Assembly: GCA_965279515.1 (NCBI GenBank)
Contig: CBDIID010000003.1
Location: forward strand, 4,160,001 to 4,224,000
Length of the DNA: 64,000 bases
Direction: 5' to 3'
Source: Turneriella sp.
Lineage (GTDB): Bacteria > Spirochaetota > Leptospiria > Turneriellales > Turneriellaceae
The notes under the pieces are model-generated. The model had not been told where the DNA came from. It worked only from the letters and a program-made list of their open reading frames with translations, and searched no databases. The position numbers were made by a program, and so were the translations under genes. Every line of letters starts with the position of its first letter. Position 1 is the first letter of the stretch. Positions 49,197-62,885 of the stretch are shown one piece after another.

Positions 49197-49497
49197 GCTC
49201 ATAAAGCCAGTGTTCGAGCCGGAATTTCACTTTGCTGAAATCCGGGGTTTCACGAAAAACCAGCCTGACTTCGGGATTACTTTGGTGCGCGCCGGGTACG
49301 AGCGCGACCTCGCTCGTATGGTCCTCTTCCATGAGAATGCGTAAATGCTTGTCCCAACCCGTTCTTTCCATCCAATCTTCAATCGCTTCGGAAAGAGCTG
49401 TCGCAGCGGACGGGTCGTTGCCGCGGATGCGGATGACGCCCACAAGGTTTGTAAGGTTTAAGTCGGTCTGAGCCGTTTGCAGGGTGGTTGCTTCCAT
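49189..49497 (-). CDS. Hypothetical protein
   Basis: 102-aa ATG ORF filling the gap, with globular-looking composition. Confidence 0.6.
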   Translation of the reverse strand: MEATTLQTAQTDLNLTNLVGVIRIRGNDPSAATALSEAIEDWMERTGWDKHLRILMEEDHTSEVALVPGAHQSNPEVRLVFRETPDFSKVKFRLEHWLYELM

Positions 49498-49602
49498 AAT
49501 AACATAGATGACGCAAAGCTGTGAATTTTGTTTTATTTTTTTTACACAAATTTCCGGAATCGGGCTTTACGGCCTAAAAAGCCCCGGGGTGCCGTAACGC
49601 CC

Positions 49603-50121
49603 ATGCTGATGACTGCCGAAGAAGAAGCGCGAGCGCCTGTAAAGCATGACGATCGTCTGTTTGCGGATGGCCTGCCCGCGCTGGTTTCTGCCGTCGTACA
49701 GCGTACCTGGGCCGAACCCTTTATGCTCGCGCGCCGTATTTTCGGCGACCGGGTAGAGGCTGCCCTTGAGGGTGGCGCGCGCTTTGCCGGCAAGTTAGCA
49801 GGACGACTGTCGAAGCCCGCATTCGCCGCGCTGAAAAATCCCGGCGAGCACGTGCTCGAAGACACGCTCAAGGCGACGCGCCTTGCTGAAAACTTTACCG
49901 GCATCTATGGTCAGGACTATTATCTCAATGAAAAAAAGATCGTGCGCCGTATTCATACCTGCCCGTTCCGCGAAAGGGCGGGGGCCAGGGTGCTCTGCCA
50001 TATCGGCGAAGCTGCCGGGCAGGAACTCTTTGCAGAGCTTGTACCCGGAATCCGCCATAAAGTCCATGTGACGATGGCGCGCGGCCACCAGTTTTGCGAA
50101 TATAGCTACGAGACGGACTAA
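49603..50121 (+). CDS. V4R/MetOD/ATC-hydrolase-like small ligand-binding protein
   Basis: IHTCPF...LCHIGE...TMARGHQFCEYSY cysteine pattern. Start at MLMTAEE. Confidence 0.7.
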   Translation: MLMTAEEEARAPVKHDDRLFADGLPALVSAVVQRTWAEPFMLARRIFGDRVEAALEGGARFAGKLAGRLSKPAFAALKNPGEHVLEDTLKATRLAENFTGIYGQDYYLNEKKIVRRIHTCPFRERAGARVLCHIGEAAGQELFAELVPGIRHKVHVTMARGHQFCEYSYETD

Positions 50122-50122
50122 A

Positions 50123-52810
50123 TTGTTTCCCAAGTTTTTTAAAATCCTGATTTCCGGCATCCGCGCCAAGCTCGCGCTCTTTACAGGTAGCCTCATTACC
50201 CTGACGATCCTGATTCTCAGCTGGACCACGGTCAACCAGCAGACGCAGATTCTTACCGAGAGTTACGAGAAGCAGGCGGCGATTTCGAAAAAATATATTT
50301 CACTTTTGGTTGTCGAACTCAATAACATCGCGCGTAACCTGATCCAGATTGAGGAGTTCCGCCGCCAGATCAGCGAGCAACAGGCGGCGCTGCAGGTTTA
50401 CCGGACGACAAAAACCGTTGAAGAAGAAAAGAAGATCAACCTCGGGCTATTTAAGACCAACCTTTTCGGTGCAATGGGCAAGAAAAAGGTCAGTTTCATT
50501 GTCGATACCTATTATTCGCGGTATCTGAATATCAATGATCTCCAGCAATTGGAGATGCGCGTGCGCCAGCAGATCGGCAACGACATTGGCAAACCCCTGT
50601 CGCAATTCGACTGGCTGACGCTGCAAGGCCTCGCGCGCAAGCTTGTCGGGGTCGAAGACAACAAGATTCTTATCAAAGAGAAAACCAAGCTCGATGCCAA
50701 GATCGCGGCCTTGCTTATTCCCTCGCGGAAAAAAATTATCGAAGATACGGGACTCGAACAAAAACTCTTCCGCATCCAGACATTTCCGGCAACCGATCTT
50801 GCGGCTGCGGAAAAACTCGAGTCTTCATTCGACACCAATCTTCTCAGTAAAGAAAGCCCGCTGTCGGTTATGACAGACAACCAGGTTCTCGAACAGAGTC
50901 TGAGGAAAATTTTTCCGATTATGACGCAGGCGCCGCAGAGCGATATGACACCGCATGCCACAGCCGTGCAGGATCATGGTCTCGAGGTTCAGGCACTCTA
51001 TTCGCCGCTGTTTCAACGCCCCAATTCGACCGAATGGGCGCATGCAGTGATCGAACAGAAAGCCGAACTCGCCGCGCACAAGGCTTTTCATGCCAAAGAC
51101 ACGGAAATTGCCGGCCAGATCGCCACGCTTTATCCTAAAATCAAGGCGCGGCTAAAAATTCTGCGCGAACGCAAACCGCCGACCCCGCCTTATTACGATA
51201 AAGATTTCGTCGCGCATTATAAGACCTACACTAAACTCATCGCTGAGCGCGAAAAGGCGCTCGACTTTCTGCCGGGAAAAAACCCAAAACATAACCCGCC
51301 GGACATGGCGCACGAGGCGCTCCGTTCGCTGCGCGAGGCGGCTTGGGAAGATTCGATCATGCTGCGTTACCGCAGTGACGAAACCGAAATCGATAAATAC
51401 ATGACCGATAGCAAGGAACGGGAACTGGTGCGGCAGAGATGGCAGCTCTTGCGCAAATGGGTGAGCGACGCCAATTCCGAGACTGCGCCGCTGGGCCTCA
51501 AACTGCTGTACAACGATGGACAAATCGCCAAATCGCGCAGCGAAGCCGAAGAGGTCCTGTGGGAGCTCGATTCCAAACCGCTCTTTAAGGGCGATGTGCC
51601 ATCTTTCGCTGTGTTGATCCTGCAGGATAATCTCACGGGGATCATGCGCACGCTCGTCGATCGTACCGACGGCGTTAAGCTCGTTAAAGCCAACCGGAAC
51701 AAGGTTCTCATCTCGGCGATTCTCATCGGCCTCGTTTCGATTTTGTTTGCGGTTTATATTTCCGGGATCGTCGTGCAGAAAATCAAGAGGATTATCAACA
51801 GTGCCGAGGCCGTGGGTAACGGCGATCTTTCCGTCGTCTTTGAACACGGCGGCGCAGACGAGTTTGGTCATCTGACGGTTGCACTGAACCAGATGGTGGG
51901 CGGGCTCAACGAGCGCGAAAAGATCAAGGGTATCCTGGGTTCGATGATCGACCCCGTGGTTGTCACCGAAGCGATGAAGGATTTGCAGGCATTAAAAAGA
52001 GGGAGTGAGAAAAATATCACCGCGTTCTTTTCCGATATCGCGTCTTTCTCCGCGATCTCCGAAAAACTTTCCTCGCCCGAGCTCGCTTCACTGCTCAACG
52101 AGTACTTATCTGCCATGACGCTCATTCTGAAAGAATATGAGGGCGTACTCGACAAGTATATCGGCGATGCCATTGTCGGCATTTTTAATTCGCCCGTCGA
52201 TGTCGAAGACCATGCCTATAAAGCGGCGATGGCTTCGATCAAAATGCAGGCCAAACTTGTCGACCTGAAGAAGAACTGGGTTGAAGAAAAAAAATATATC
52301 GCCGAAGCGCAGACGATGAAGTTCCGCATTGGCCTGAATACCGGCCTTGCCAAAGTGGGTTTCATGGGCACGGATGCGCTGGCCTCATACACGATGATGG
52401 GCGATACCGTCAATCTCGCGGCCCGTCTCGAAGCGGCCGGCAAAGATTATGGTGTTTCCATTTTAGCCAGCGATTCCGTATACGATCAGATCAAAGACCG
52501 CATCTTCACGCGTCGCCTCGACGTTGTACGCGTGAAAGGCAAGCACATGCCGGTCACGCTCTACCAGATCATCTGTCCCAAAGGCAAAGAGAATAACCGC
52601 CATGCCGAGTTTGTCGGCCGCTATGAGCAGGGCCTTGCCGCCTATATGCAGAAATCCTGGGATAGCGCGATCGGCTTCTTTAAGGAAGCCCAGCAGGCTC
52701 TCAATGGTGCCGATAAATCTTCACGCCTTCTCATCGAACGTTGCCTGACATACAAAGCCGACCCACCGCCCGCCGACTGGGACGGTGTTTTTACCCGCAC
52801 GACCAAGTAG
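50123..52810 (+). CDS. Membrane class III adenylate cyclase with a large extracytoplasmic domain, HAMP and C-terminal TPR-like helices
   Basis: Two TM helices, DEFGHLTVALNQM, FSDIASFS, DKYIGDAIV, YTMMGDTVNLAARLE, WDGVF tail. Confidence 0.93.
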   Translation: MFPKFFKILISGIRAKLALFTGSLITLTILILSWTTVNQQTQILTESYEKQAAISKKYISLLVVELNNIARNLIQIEEFRRQISEQQAALQVYRTTKTVEEEKKINLGLFKTNLFGAMGKKKVSFIVDTYYSRYLNINDLQQLEMRVRQQIGNDIGKPLSQFDWLTLQGLARKLVGVEDNKILIKEKTKLDAKIAALLIPSRKKIIEDTGLEQKLFRIQTFPATDLAAAEKLESSFDTNLLSKESPLSVMTDNQVLEQSLRKIFPIMTQAPQSDMTPHATAVQDHGLEVQALYSPLFQRPNSTEWAHAVIEQKAELAAHKAFHAKDTEIAGQIATLYPKIKARLKILRERKPPTPPYYDKDFVAHYKTYTKLIAEREKALDFLPGKNPKHNPPDMAHEALRSLREAAWEDSIMLRYRSDETEIDKYMTDSKERELVRQRWQLLRKWVSDANSETAPLGLKLLYNDGQIAKSRSEAEEVLWELDSKPLFKGDVPSFAVLILQDNLTGIMRTLVDRTDGVKLVKANRNKVLISAILIGLVSILFAVYISGIVVQKIKRIINSAEAVGNGDLSVVFEHGGADEFGHLTVALNQMVGGLNEREKIKGILGSMIDPVVVTEAMKDLQALKRGSEKNITAFFSDIASFSAISEKLSSPELASLLNEYLSAMTLILKEYEGVLDKYIGDAIVGIFNSPVDVEDHAYKAAMASIKMQAKLVDLKKNWVEEKKYIAEAQTMKFRIGLNTGLAKVGFMGTDALASYTMMGDTVNLAARLEAAGKDYGVSILASDSVYDQIKDRIFTRRLDVVRVKGKHMPVTLYQIICPKGKENNRHAEFVGRYEQGLAAYMQKSWDSAIGFFKEAQQALNGADKSSRLLIERCLTYKADPPPADWDGVFTRTTK

Positions 52811-52874
52811 CTTTGCGCGGCCAAAACGCTTAATTTTTGACTGACACCCTATCGGGCCTGCGTCCGCATCTCCC

Positions 52875-53801
52875 ATGCGCAAGAAAATATTCTGGCTGAT
52901 AGCGATTCTGCTCCTGGGTATGTGGGGCCACCATGTCTGGTTGAGAATCGGCAAACCGTCGATGACCGACGAAGTGCGGGCGAAAAACGGCAAAAAGTTC
53001 GTGGCCTTGACATCGGGCACCGTTGCCTATGAATATTTCGAGGGTGAGGGCACTCCTGTCGTGCTGGTGAACGGTTTCTCCATGCCTTCGGTCGTCTGGG
53101 ATAATACCTTCAGTGCCCTAAAGCGCTCCGGAACGACCGTGCTGCGCTTTGATCTTTTCGGCCGGGGCTTTTCAGACCGCCCTGATAAAAAGTATAACGC
53201 CGACCTGTTTGTAGGCCAGGTCAAAGAGCTGACAGAGAAAATTCTTCCCGGGCAGAAATTTGTCATTTGTGGCCTTTCGATGGGTGGGGCAATTTCCGTC
53301 TATTTTACGGACAAATATCCTGAGAAAATTGAAAAGCTCATCCTGATCGCACCAGCCGGATTTCCCATGGAGACACCGGCGGTCGCGAGCCTCGTCAAGG
53401 TTCCGCTTTTAGGGGATTACCTCGGTCGTCTCTTTGCGCGGCGTTCGATGGAAAAAGGTATGGCTGATAATTTTACAACGCCCGTGCCGCCACAGATGGC
53501 GGCGCAGAGCCTTGCGCAGACAGAGTATGCCGGTTATGCCGATGCCATTGTGTCGACGCTGCGAAACATGAACATGACGAAAATGGCAGATGTTTACGCG
53601 CGCGTCGGCGCAAAAAAAATCCCTACGCTCTTAATTTGGGGCAAAAAGGATAAAGTCGTACCGTTTGCAAACGCCGCTTCAGTCAAAAAGGCAATCCCAC
53701 ATAGCGAATTTCTCGAACTCGAAAATGCCGGTCACATACCGACGGTCGACGAAGACAAAAAAACGCATGCGGCGATACGCGAATTCTTAAGCGGCGAATA
53801 A
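52875..53801 (+). CDS. Membrane-anchored alpha/beta hydrolase
   Basis: DLFGRGFS, GLSMGG nucleophile, WGKKDKVVP, AGH. Confidence 0.92.
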   Translation: MRKKIFWLIAILLLGMWGHHVWLRIGKPSMTDEVRAKNGKKFVALTSGTVAYEYFEGEGTPVVLVNGFSMPSVVWDNTFSALKRSGTTVLRFDLFGRGFSDRPDKKYNADLFVGQVKELTEKILPGQKFVICGLSMGGAISVYFTDKYPEKIEKLILIAPAGFPMETPAVASLVKVPLLGDYLGRLFARRSMEKGMADNFTTPVPPQMAAQSLAQTEYAGYADAIVSTLRNMNMTKMADVYARVGAKKIPTLLIWGKKDKVVPFANAASVKKAIPHSEFLELENAGHIPTVDEDKKTHAAIREFLSGE

Positions 53802-54368
53802 GCTGCCCTGTACGGGTTTTCCGGGAAGGCTGAGAAAAGGAAATTCTTTTACGGTGCGCCACTTGCCGCGGTGCTCCATGAGGTGCGCCGAGGCGGCCTT
53901 AAATGTCGCAGAGAATTCACGCTGCGAAAATTCATTCCATGCGGCTTCAAAAGTCTGTGGATCGAGATCGCGGTAGGCGACCGTCACGTGCGGCGTGATT
54001 TGACGCGAACCGACGGCGGTATGCGGAAAAGTACGTTCGTTCTTGAGCTTCCAGAATAATAATTCGCGCAGTTTCTGAAACGGCCAGAAGTCTTTGATGG
54101 CCGCAAAAATCGTGTGCGCGGGAAACGCGCCAAAGTCGCTGAGCTCGACATCGAAGGGTGAGGTTGTGGCAAACACTTCGTCGAGCTGTTTCATGAGCCG
54201 CGGTAAATGTTTCTCTTCGTAAAGAAACGTGTCTTGCATGGTGATGTGTCCCATCGGTTTCAGGGCCGCGACGGACTGAAATTTCTGCGCGACCTCTGTC
54301 TTGAGCTGCAGGATCAGTTCTTCCAGGGAGTCTGGAAGCAAAATAGCGATAAAATACAGCTTCTTCAT
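53787..54368 (-). CDS. 2H phosphoesterase (2'-5' RNA ligase family)
   Basis: Two HxT motifs, GHITM and PHVTV. Confidence 0.88.
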   Translation of the reverse strand: MKKLYFIAILLPDSLEELILQLKTEVAQKFQSVAALKPMGHITMQDTFLYEEKHLPRLMKQLDEVFATTSPFDVELSDFGAFPAHTIFAAIKDFWPFQKLRELLFWKLKNERTFPHTAVGSRQITPHVTVAYRDLDPQTFEAAWNEFSQREFSATFKAASAHLMEHRGKWRTVKEFPFLSLPGKPVQGSLFAA

Positions 54369-54609
54369 TTGTTTTCCTCCTTATCAACTAACAGACCCAT
54401 CTGGGTTCGAATTGTTCCAGCAGTAAAGGTAAAAAATTCTGGAACGTTAAAAAATGATTAACATCTGTGTCATTATTGCGTTGAGATTATTTCACATCAC
54501 AACAAAAAAACTGGCCCTGAAAAAGCTCACGTTTCTGCATGAGACAAAATGAGCGGATAATCATGTAGCCAAATCGTTGCCGCACTGTTTCGGGGGCAAA
54601 CTATGGCCG

Positions 54610-55365
54610 ATGAAGTATGGTTTGGAAGATCTGAAGGACGCCGTTGTCATCGTAACGGGTTCAGGTCGCGGTATTGGACGCGGTATCGCTGAGACATTTG
54701 CGGCGCAGGGCTCGAAGCTCGTCATCACCGATATCGATGCCGCTACAGCTGAACAAACCGCACAAGAAGTCGCCAAAATGGGTGTCGAGACCATTTCAAT
54801 GGCCTGCGACGTTTCGAAATATGATCAGGCAGAAGCCCTGGCGAATAAAGCCGTCGAAAAATGGGGAAAAATCGACGTTTTAGTTAACAATGCCGGCATC
54901 ACGATGGATGGCCTGTTCCTGAGAATGAAGCCCGACCAGTGGCAAAAGGTCATCGATATCAACCTTACGGGAACCTATAACTGTGCTCATGCGGTCGTCA
55001 ATCATATGCGCAAGGCACGTAAAGGCGCCATCATCAATATCAGCTCTATCGCCGCCGGCGGAAATCCCGGCCAGGCAAACTACAGCGCGTCCAAAGCAGG
55101 TGTGTTAGGTTTTACCTACGCGCTCGGCAAAGAGCTCGCGCCGATGGGCATCCGCGTGAACGCGGTCGCTCCCGGGTTCATCAAGACCCCCATGACCGAT
55201 AAAATCCCCGATAAAATCCGCGAGCAGATGATTGCCGCGATTCCCCTGAAACGACCCGGCGAACCCGATGACATTGCCAAAGTCATCCTGTTCCTCGCGT
55301 CTGATTTGTCCGGTTACGTGACCGCGCAGTGCGTGCACGTTAACGGCGGACTTTCCGGCCTATAA
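54610..55365 (+). CDS. fabG: 3-oxoacyl-ACP reductase
   Basis: TGSGRGIG, VNNAGIT, GQANYSASK, VAPGFIKT; adjacent to acpP. Confidence 0.93.
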   Translation: MKYGLEDLKDAVVIVTGSGRGIGRGIAETFAAQGSKLVITDIDAATAEQTAQEVAKMGVETISMACDVSKYDQAEALANKAVEKWGKIDVLVNNAGITMDGLFLRMKPDQWQKVIDINLTGTYNCAHAVVNHMRKARKGAIINISSIAAGGNPGQANYSASKAGVLGFTYALGKELAPMGIRVNAVAPGFIKTPMTDKIPDKIREQMIAAIPLKRPGEPDDIAKVILFLASDLSGYVTAQCVHVNGGLSGL

Positions 55366-55444
55366 TTTTGATAATATGAAAATTATGGCAAAAAAACTAA
55401 ACCTTCAACCCCGTTAACGCGGGCTTGAAAAAAAGGAGACCCAA

Positions 55445-55687
55445 ATGGCTTCAACAGAAGAAATCATGGGCAAAGTAAAAAAGATTATCGCTGAGCAACT
55501 CGGTGTTGACGAAGGCGAAATCAATAACGAGAGCCACTTCATCGACGACCTCGGTGCAGACTCACTCGACACAGTCGAGCTCGTAATGGCACTCGAAGAG
55601 GAATTCGGTATCGAAATTCCTGATGAAGACGCAGAAAAAATCCAAACTGTCGGCGACGTACAAAAGTACATCGAAGAACACAGCTGA
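55445..55687 (+). CDS. acpP: Acyl carrier protein
   Basis: [25 protein letters not shown] ribosome-binding site upstream. Confidence 0.98.
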   Translation: MASTEEIMGKVKKIIAEQLGVDEGEINNESHFIDDLGADSLDTVELVMALEEEFGIEIPDEDAEKIQTVGDVQKYIEEHS

Positions 55688-55712
55688 GATTTTTCTTATC
55701 TGTTAATTCAGG

Positions 55713-55749
55713 GGCCTGGGCTTTTTCGAAAGCCTCAGGCCTTTTTTTT
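55713..55749 (+). terminator. Rho-independent terminator after acpP
   Basis: GGCCTG-GGCTTT-TTCG-AAAGCC-T-CAGGCC followed by eight T; overlaps the 3' end of the convergent trmH-like gene. Confidence 0.85.
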
Positions 55750-56400
55750 GCCGTAAATTTTCCGCTCTGTCCATTCCAGCCATAGTTTTTCGCGCTCTTC
55801 CTGCGGCATCTGCCAGTCCGATGTTTCTGCGCGCAGCCTTTCGGTCAGAAAATGCAGAATCATCGCACCCGTAACTGAAATATTATAACTTTCGGTAAAG
55901 CCGCGCATCGGCAACGCGATCGCCGCATCGGCGTTTTCTATGGCCCAGTCTGATAATCCCCAATGTTCACTGCCCAATGCGACAGCGTATTTTTTCGTGA
56001 TGTCGAGTTCTCGCAAAGAGTGGGATTTCCCCCGCGGGCTTGTCGCCAAAATTGTATAACCTGCGGCTCTCAGGCTTTCATAGGCCTTTTTTGTGCTTTC
56101 AGGTATCCCCTCAGGCCTGATGCGAAAATCCGTTTTTTCTGGAATCGGCTGCACACGGTAGCGGTGAATGCTGAGCCAGTGCGATGCATGCCCCGAGACT
56201 TTGGAATGCACGGTAAACTTATGCCGGTTTTCCGCGATATGGATGTCCTGTATGCCCAGGCCATCCGCCGTGCGCAACACGGCATTGCCGTTGAGTGGAT
56301 CAAAAATATCTTCCAGAAGTACAGTGATGCGGCGTGTGCGTTGGTTTAGCGCATTGAGAATGCGGTCACGGCGTTTCTCGGTGAGAAATTTTGCATCCAT
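55735..56400 (-). CDS. trmH: SpoU/TrmH-family RNA methyltransferase
   Basis: PLNGNAVLRTADGLG, LGSEHWGLS, LPMRGFTESYNISV. Confidence 0.85.
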   Translation of the reverse strand: MDAKFLTEKRRDRILNALNQRTRRITVLLEDIFDPLNGNAVLRTADGLGIQDIHIAENRHKFTVHSKVSGHASHWLSIHRYRVQPIPEKTDFRIRPEGIPESTKKAYESLRAAGYTILATSPRGKSHSLRELDITKKYAVALGSEHWGLSDWAIENADAAIALPMRGFTESYNISVTGAMILHFLTERLRAETSDWQMPQEEREKLWLEWTERKIYGKKKA

Positions 56401-56690
56401 TGATTGCAAAAAATCTTCGCTGCATATGCTGCCCGTCAACCGCATTTGCGGCGGTAGTCATCGCAGTATGATGTGACATAATATATTCAGGGTGTTTTTT
56501 GCGTCCGGGTAGAAATCCCATTCGTGTTTGACAGGCCAGGCAGGGGGAGCCAGCTTTGTACACGGCCGGTCGGCCATCCCCCTTGCGGGAAAAAAAAGCG
56601 TAGTTTGGGGAATAAAATCCTCATAACGTTTGACGCTCTGTTGAGCATTCACATTGTGGCTTTCGCGAATCGCGTGTGGCGCAGTTCGTC

Positions 56691-56717
56691 GATCTGTTCT
56701 TTGACAGACGGATAATG
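56691..56717 (+). promoter_or_regulatory. rrn leader boxA and 5' arm of the 16S processing stem
   Basis: boxA-like TGTTCTTTGACA at 56695-56706. GATCTGTTCTTT-GAC-AGACGGATAATG pairs with CATTATCCGTCT-ACT-AAAGAACAGATC at 58566-58592. Confidence 0.8.
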
Positions 56718-56986
56718 AATAGAAAATTGTTATGAAGCTTGAAATTGCAGCAATGCAATGGCAAGGACTTCGTAAATTTCTTTAAGAACCTTGAGCAAAA
56801 GTCGTGCCGAACTTGATTCGGCACGCATAAAGTCCTGAGACTTTTCGTAAGAAAGGCCTAAGGCAAAGAATAACATGAACAGCAGCCAGGTTGAGGCGAA
56901 ACGAGAGTTTCGCCATTACAGGTTTGTTTAAAAGGGCTAATTATTAGCTCTTCGTTTAACTTTAGATCGCTATGCGATCTTAAACT

Positions 56987-58504
<1,518 letters not shown>

Positions 58505-58680
58505 AAAGGAAATCAGTTGATCCTGAAGTTTTTCCGCAAGGAAAAGCATTAGGACCTCAAGGTCACATTATCCGTCTACTAAAGAACAGATCAGGGCCTC
58601 GGTTAATTACCAAGGGCTTTGAAAAGAAGAGCTTGTAGCACCTAGTGCGGATAGCTTTCGTTGGGAGGAAATAGGCCGTA

Positions 58681-58813
58681 GCGCTTGTAGCACTTCCGCG
58701 AAATGCTGCGCATTTCGCTCCAGAGAGCGAAGACGCTCGCATCGGTTAGAGCACTCGCCTGATAAGCGAGGGGTCGCTAGCGACGAGAACTGCGACTAAG
58801 AGTTTCAGGCATA
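58681..58813 (+). other. tRNA-Ile-derived element with structured insertions
   Basis: GCGCTTGTAGC at 58681-58691 and a 37/38 match at 58743-58780 to the adjacent tRNA-Ile; the T-loop is replaced. Confidence 0.8.
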
Positions 58814-58816
58814 TAA

Positions 58817-58889
58817 GCGCTTGTAGCTCAGCGGTTAGAGCACTCGCTTGATAAGCGAGGGGTCGCTAGTTCAATTCTAGCCAGGCGCA
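58817..58889 (+). tRNA. tRNA-Ile (GAT)
   Basis: Full cloverleaf: GCGCTTG/CAGGCGC acceptor, CTCGC-TTGATAA-GCGAG anticodon arm, GCTAG-TTCAATT-CTAGC T arm. CCA not encoded. Confidence 0.96.
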
Positions 58890-58923
58890 CACCTCGATGG
58901 GTGGATGTACCTGTCGAACTTAC

Positions 58924-58996
58924 GGGGCTTTAGCTCAGCTGGGAGAGCGCCTGATTTGCATTCAGGAGGTCAGCGGTTCAATCCCGCTAAGCTCCA
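58924..58996 (+). tRNA. tRNA-Ala (TGC)
   Basis: GGGGCTT/AAGCTCC acceptor with G3:U70, CCTGA-TTTGCAT-TCAGG anticodon arm. Confidence 0.97.
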
Positions 58997-59356
58997 AAAG
59001 GCTTTCCGAAGGAAAGTCGGGGAATTTCAGATAAAGATCTGAAATCCATTTGAAATAGGATTAAGGAGATAAGCAAGGCCAAACGGTCGTTGCGGTTGGT
59101 TCACCACCAGCATCTTCACAGAGGGAAACCTCTGGTAGAGTCATAGAGATGGCTCCACCAAGTTTGACAACGAATATGGGTAGAGGATTAATAAGATGCA
59201 CGCGAGTGTATTGAGTTGATCCAACACAATTTTGAAGAAGATTTAAAGAAAAGCGCATCGAATATGCAAGTCAGCATATTCTTTATGAGAAGAAGTCAAA
59301 GTGTCAAAGACGATATAAAGGAAACTCAATCAGGTAGATTGAGTGGAGCATAATAT

Positions 59357-62473
<3,117 letters not shown>

Positions 62474-62679
62474 TGCTCCAGAAACTTTCCGCAGGAAAGT
62501 TAGTGGGCTACCCAATAAGGCTGTTTGAGGCGAAAGCCTCAACGCTAACCCGAAGCAGGCGTAAGCCGCTTTAGCAGGCACTTGCAACGCAAGTGCCGAG
62601 GCTGAGGGTTAGCGAAGCCTTATGGGCAGCCCCAAAAGAAATTAAAACCATATTCGAAATCAAATATTCACAATCCAAA

Positions 62680-62795
<116 letters not shown>

Positions 62796-62814
62796 TTTGG
62801 ATTGTGAAGCACGA

Positions 62815-62838
62815 AAGGCTCCCTTGGGAGCCTTTTTT
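62815..62838 (+). terminator. rrn terminator
   Basis: AAGGCTCC-CTTG-GGAGCCTT followed by a T run. Confidence 0.88.
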
Positions 62839-62885
62839 GTTTTGGAAGTACGCAATAGAGCAAGTAACATGAAGGGCTCCGGGAT

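Noticed and set aside
54465..54502. CRP- or Rex-like box upstream of fabG (TGAGATTATTTCACA)
   Set aside because: Spacing and half-sites do not fit either consensus, and the region is AT-rich, so a chance match is likely.
56520..56660. Sigma70 promoters for the rrn operon (TTGACA and TTGACG hexamers)
   Set aside because: Plausible -35 boxes, but no convincing -10 at 16-18 nt spacing, so they were not annotated.
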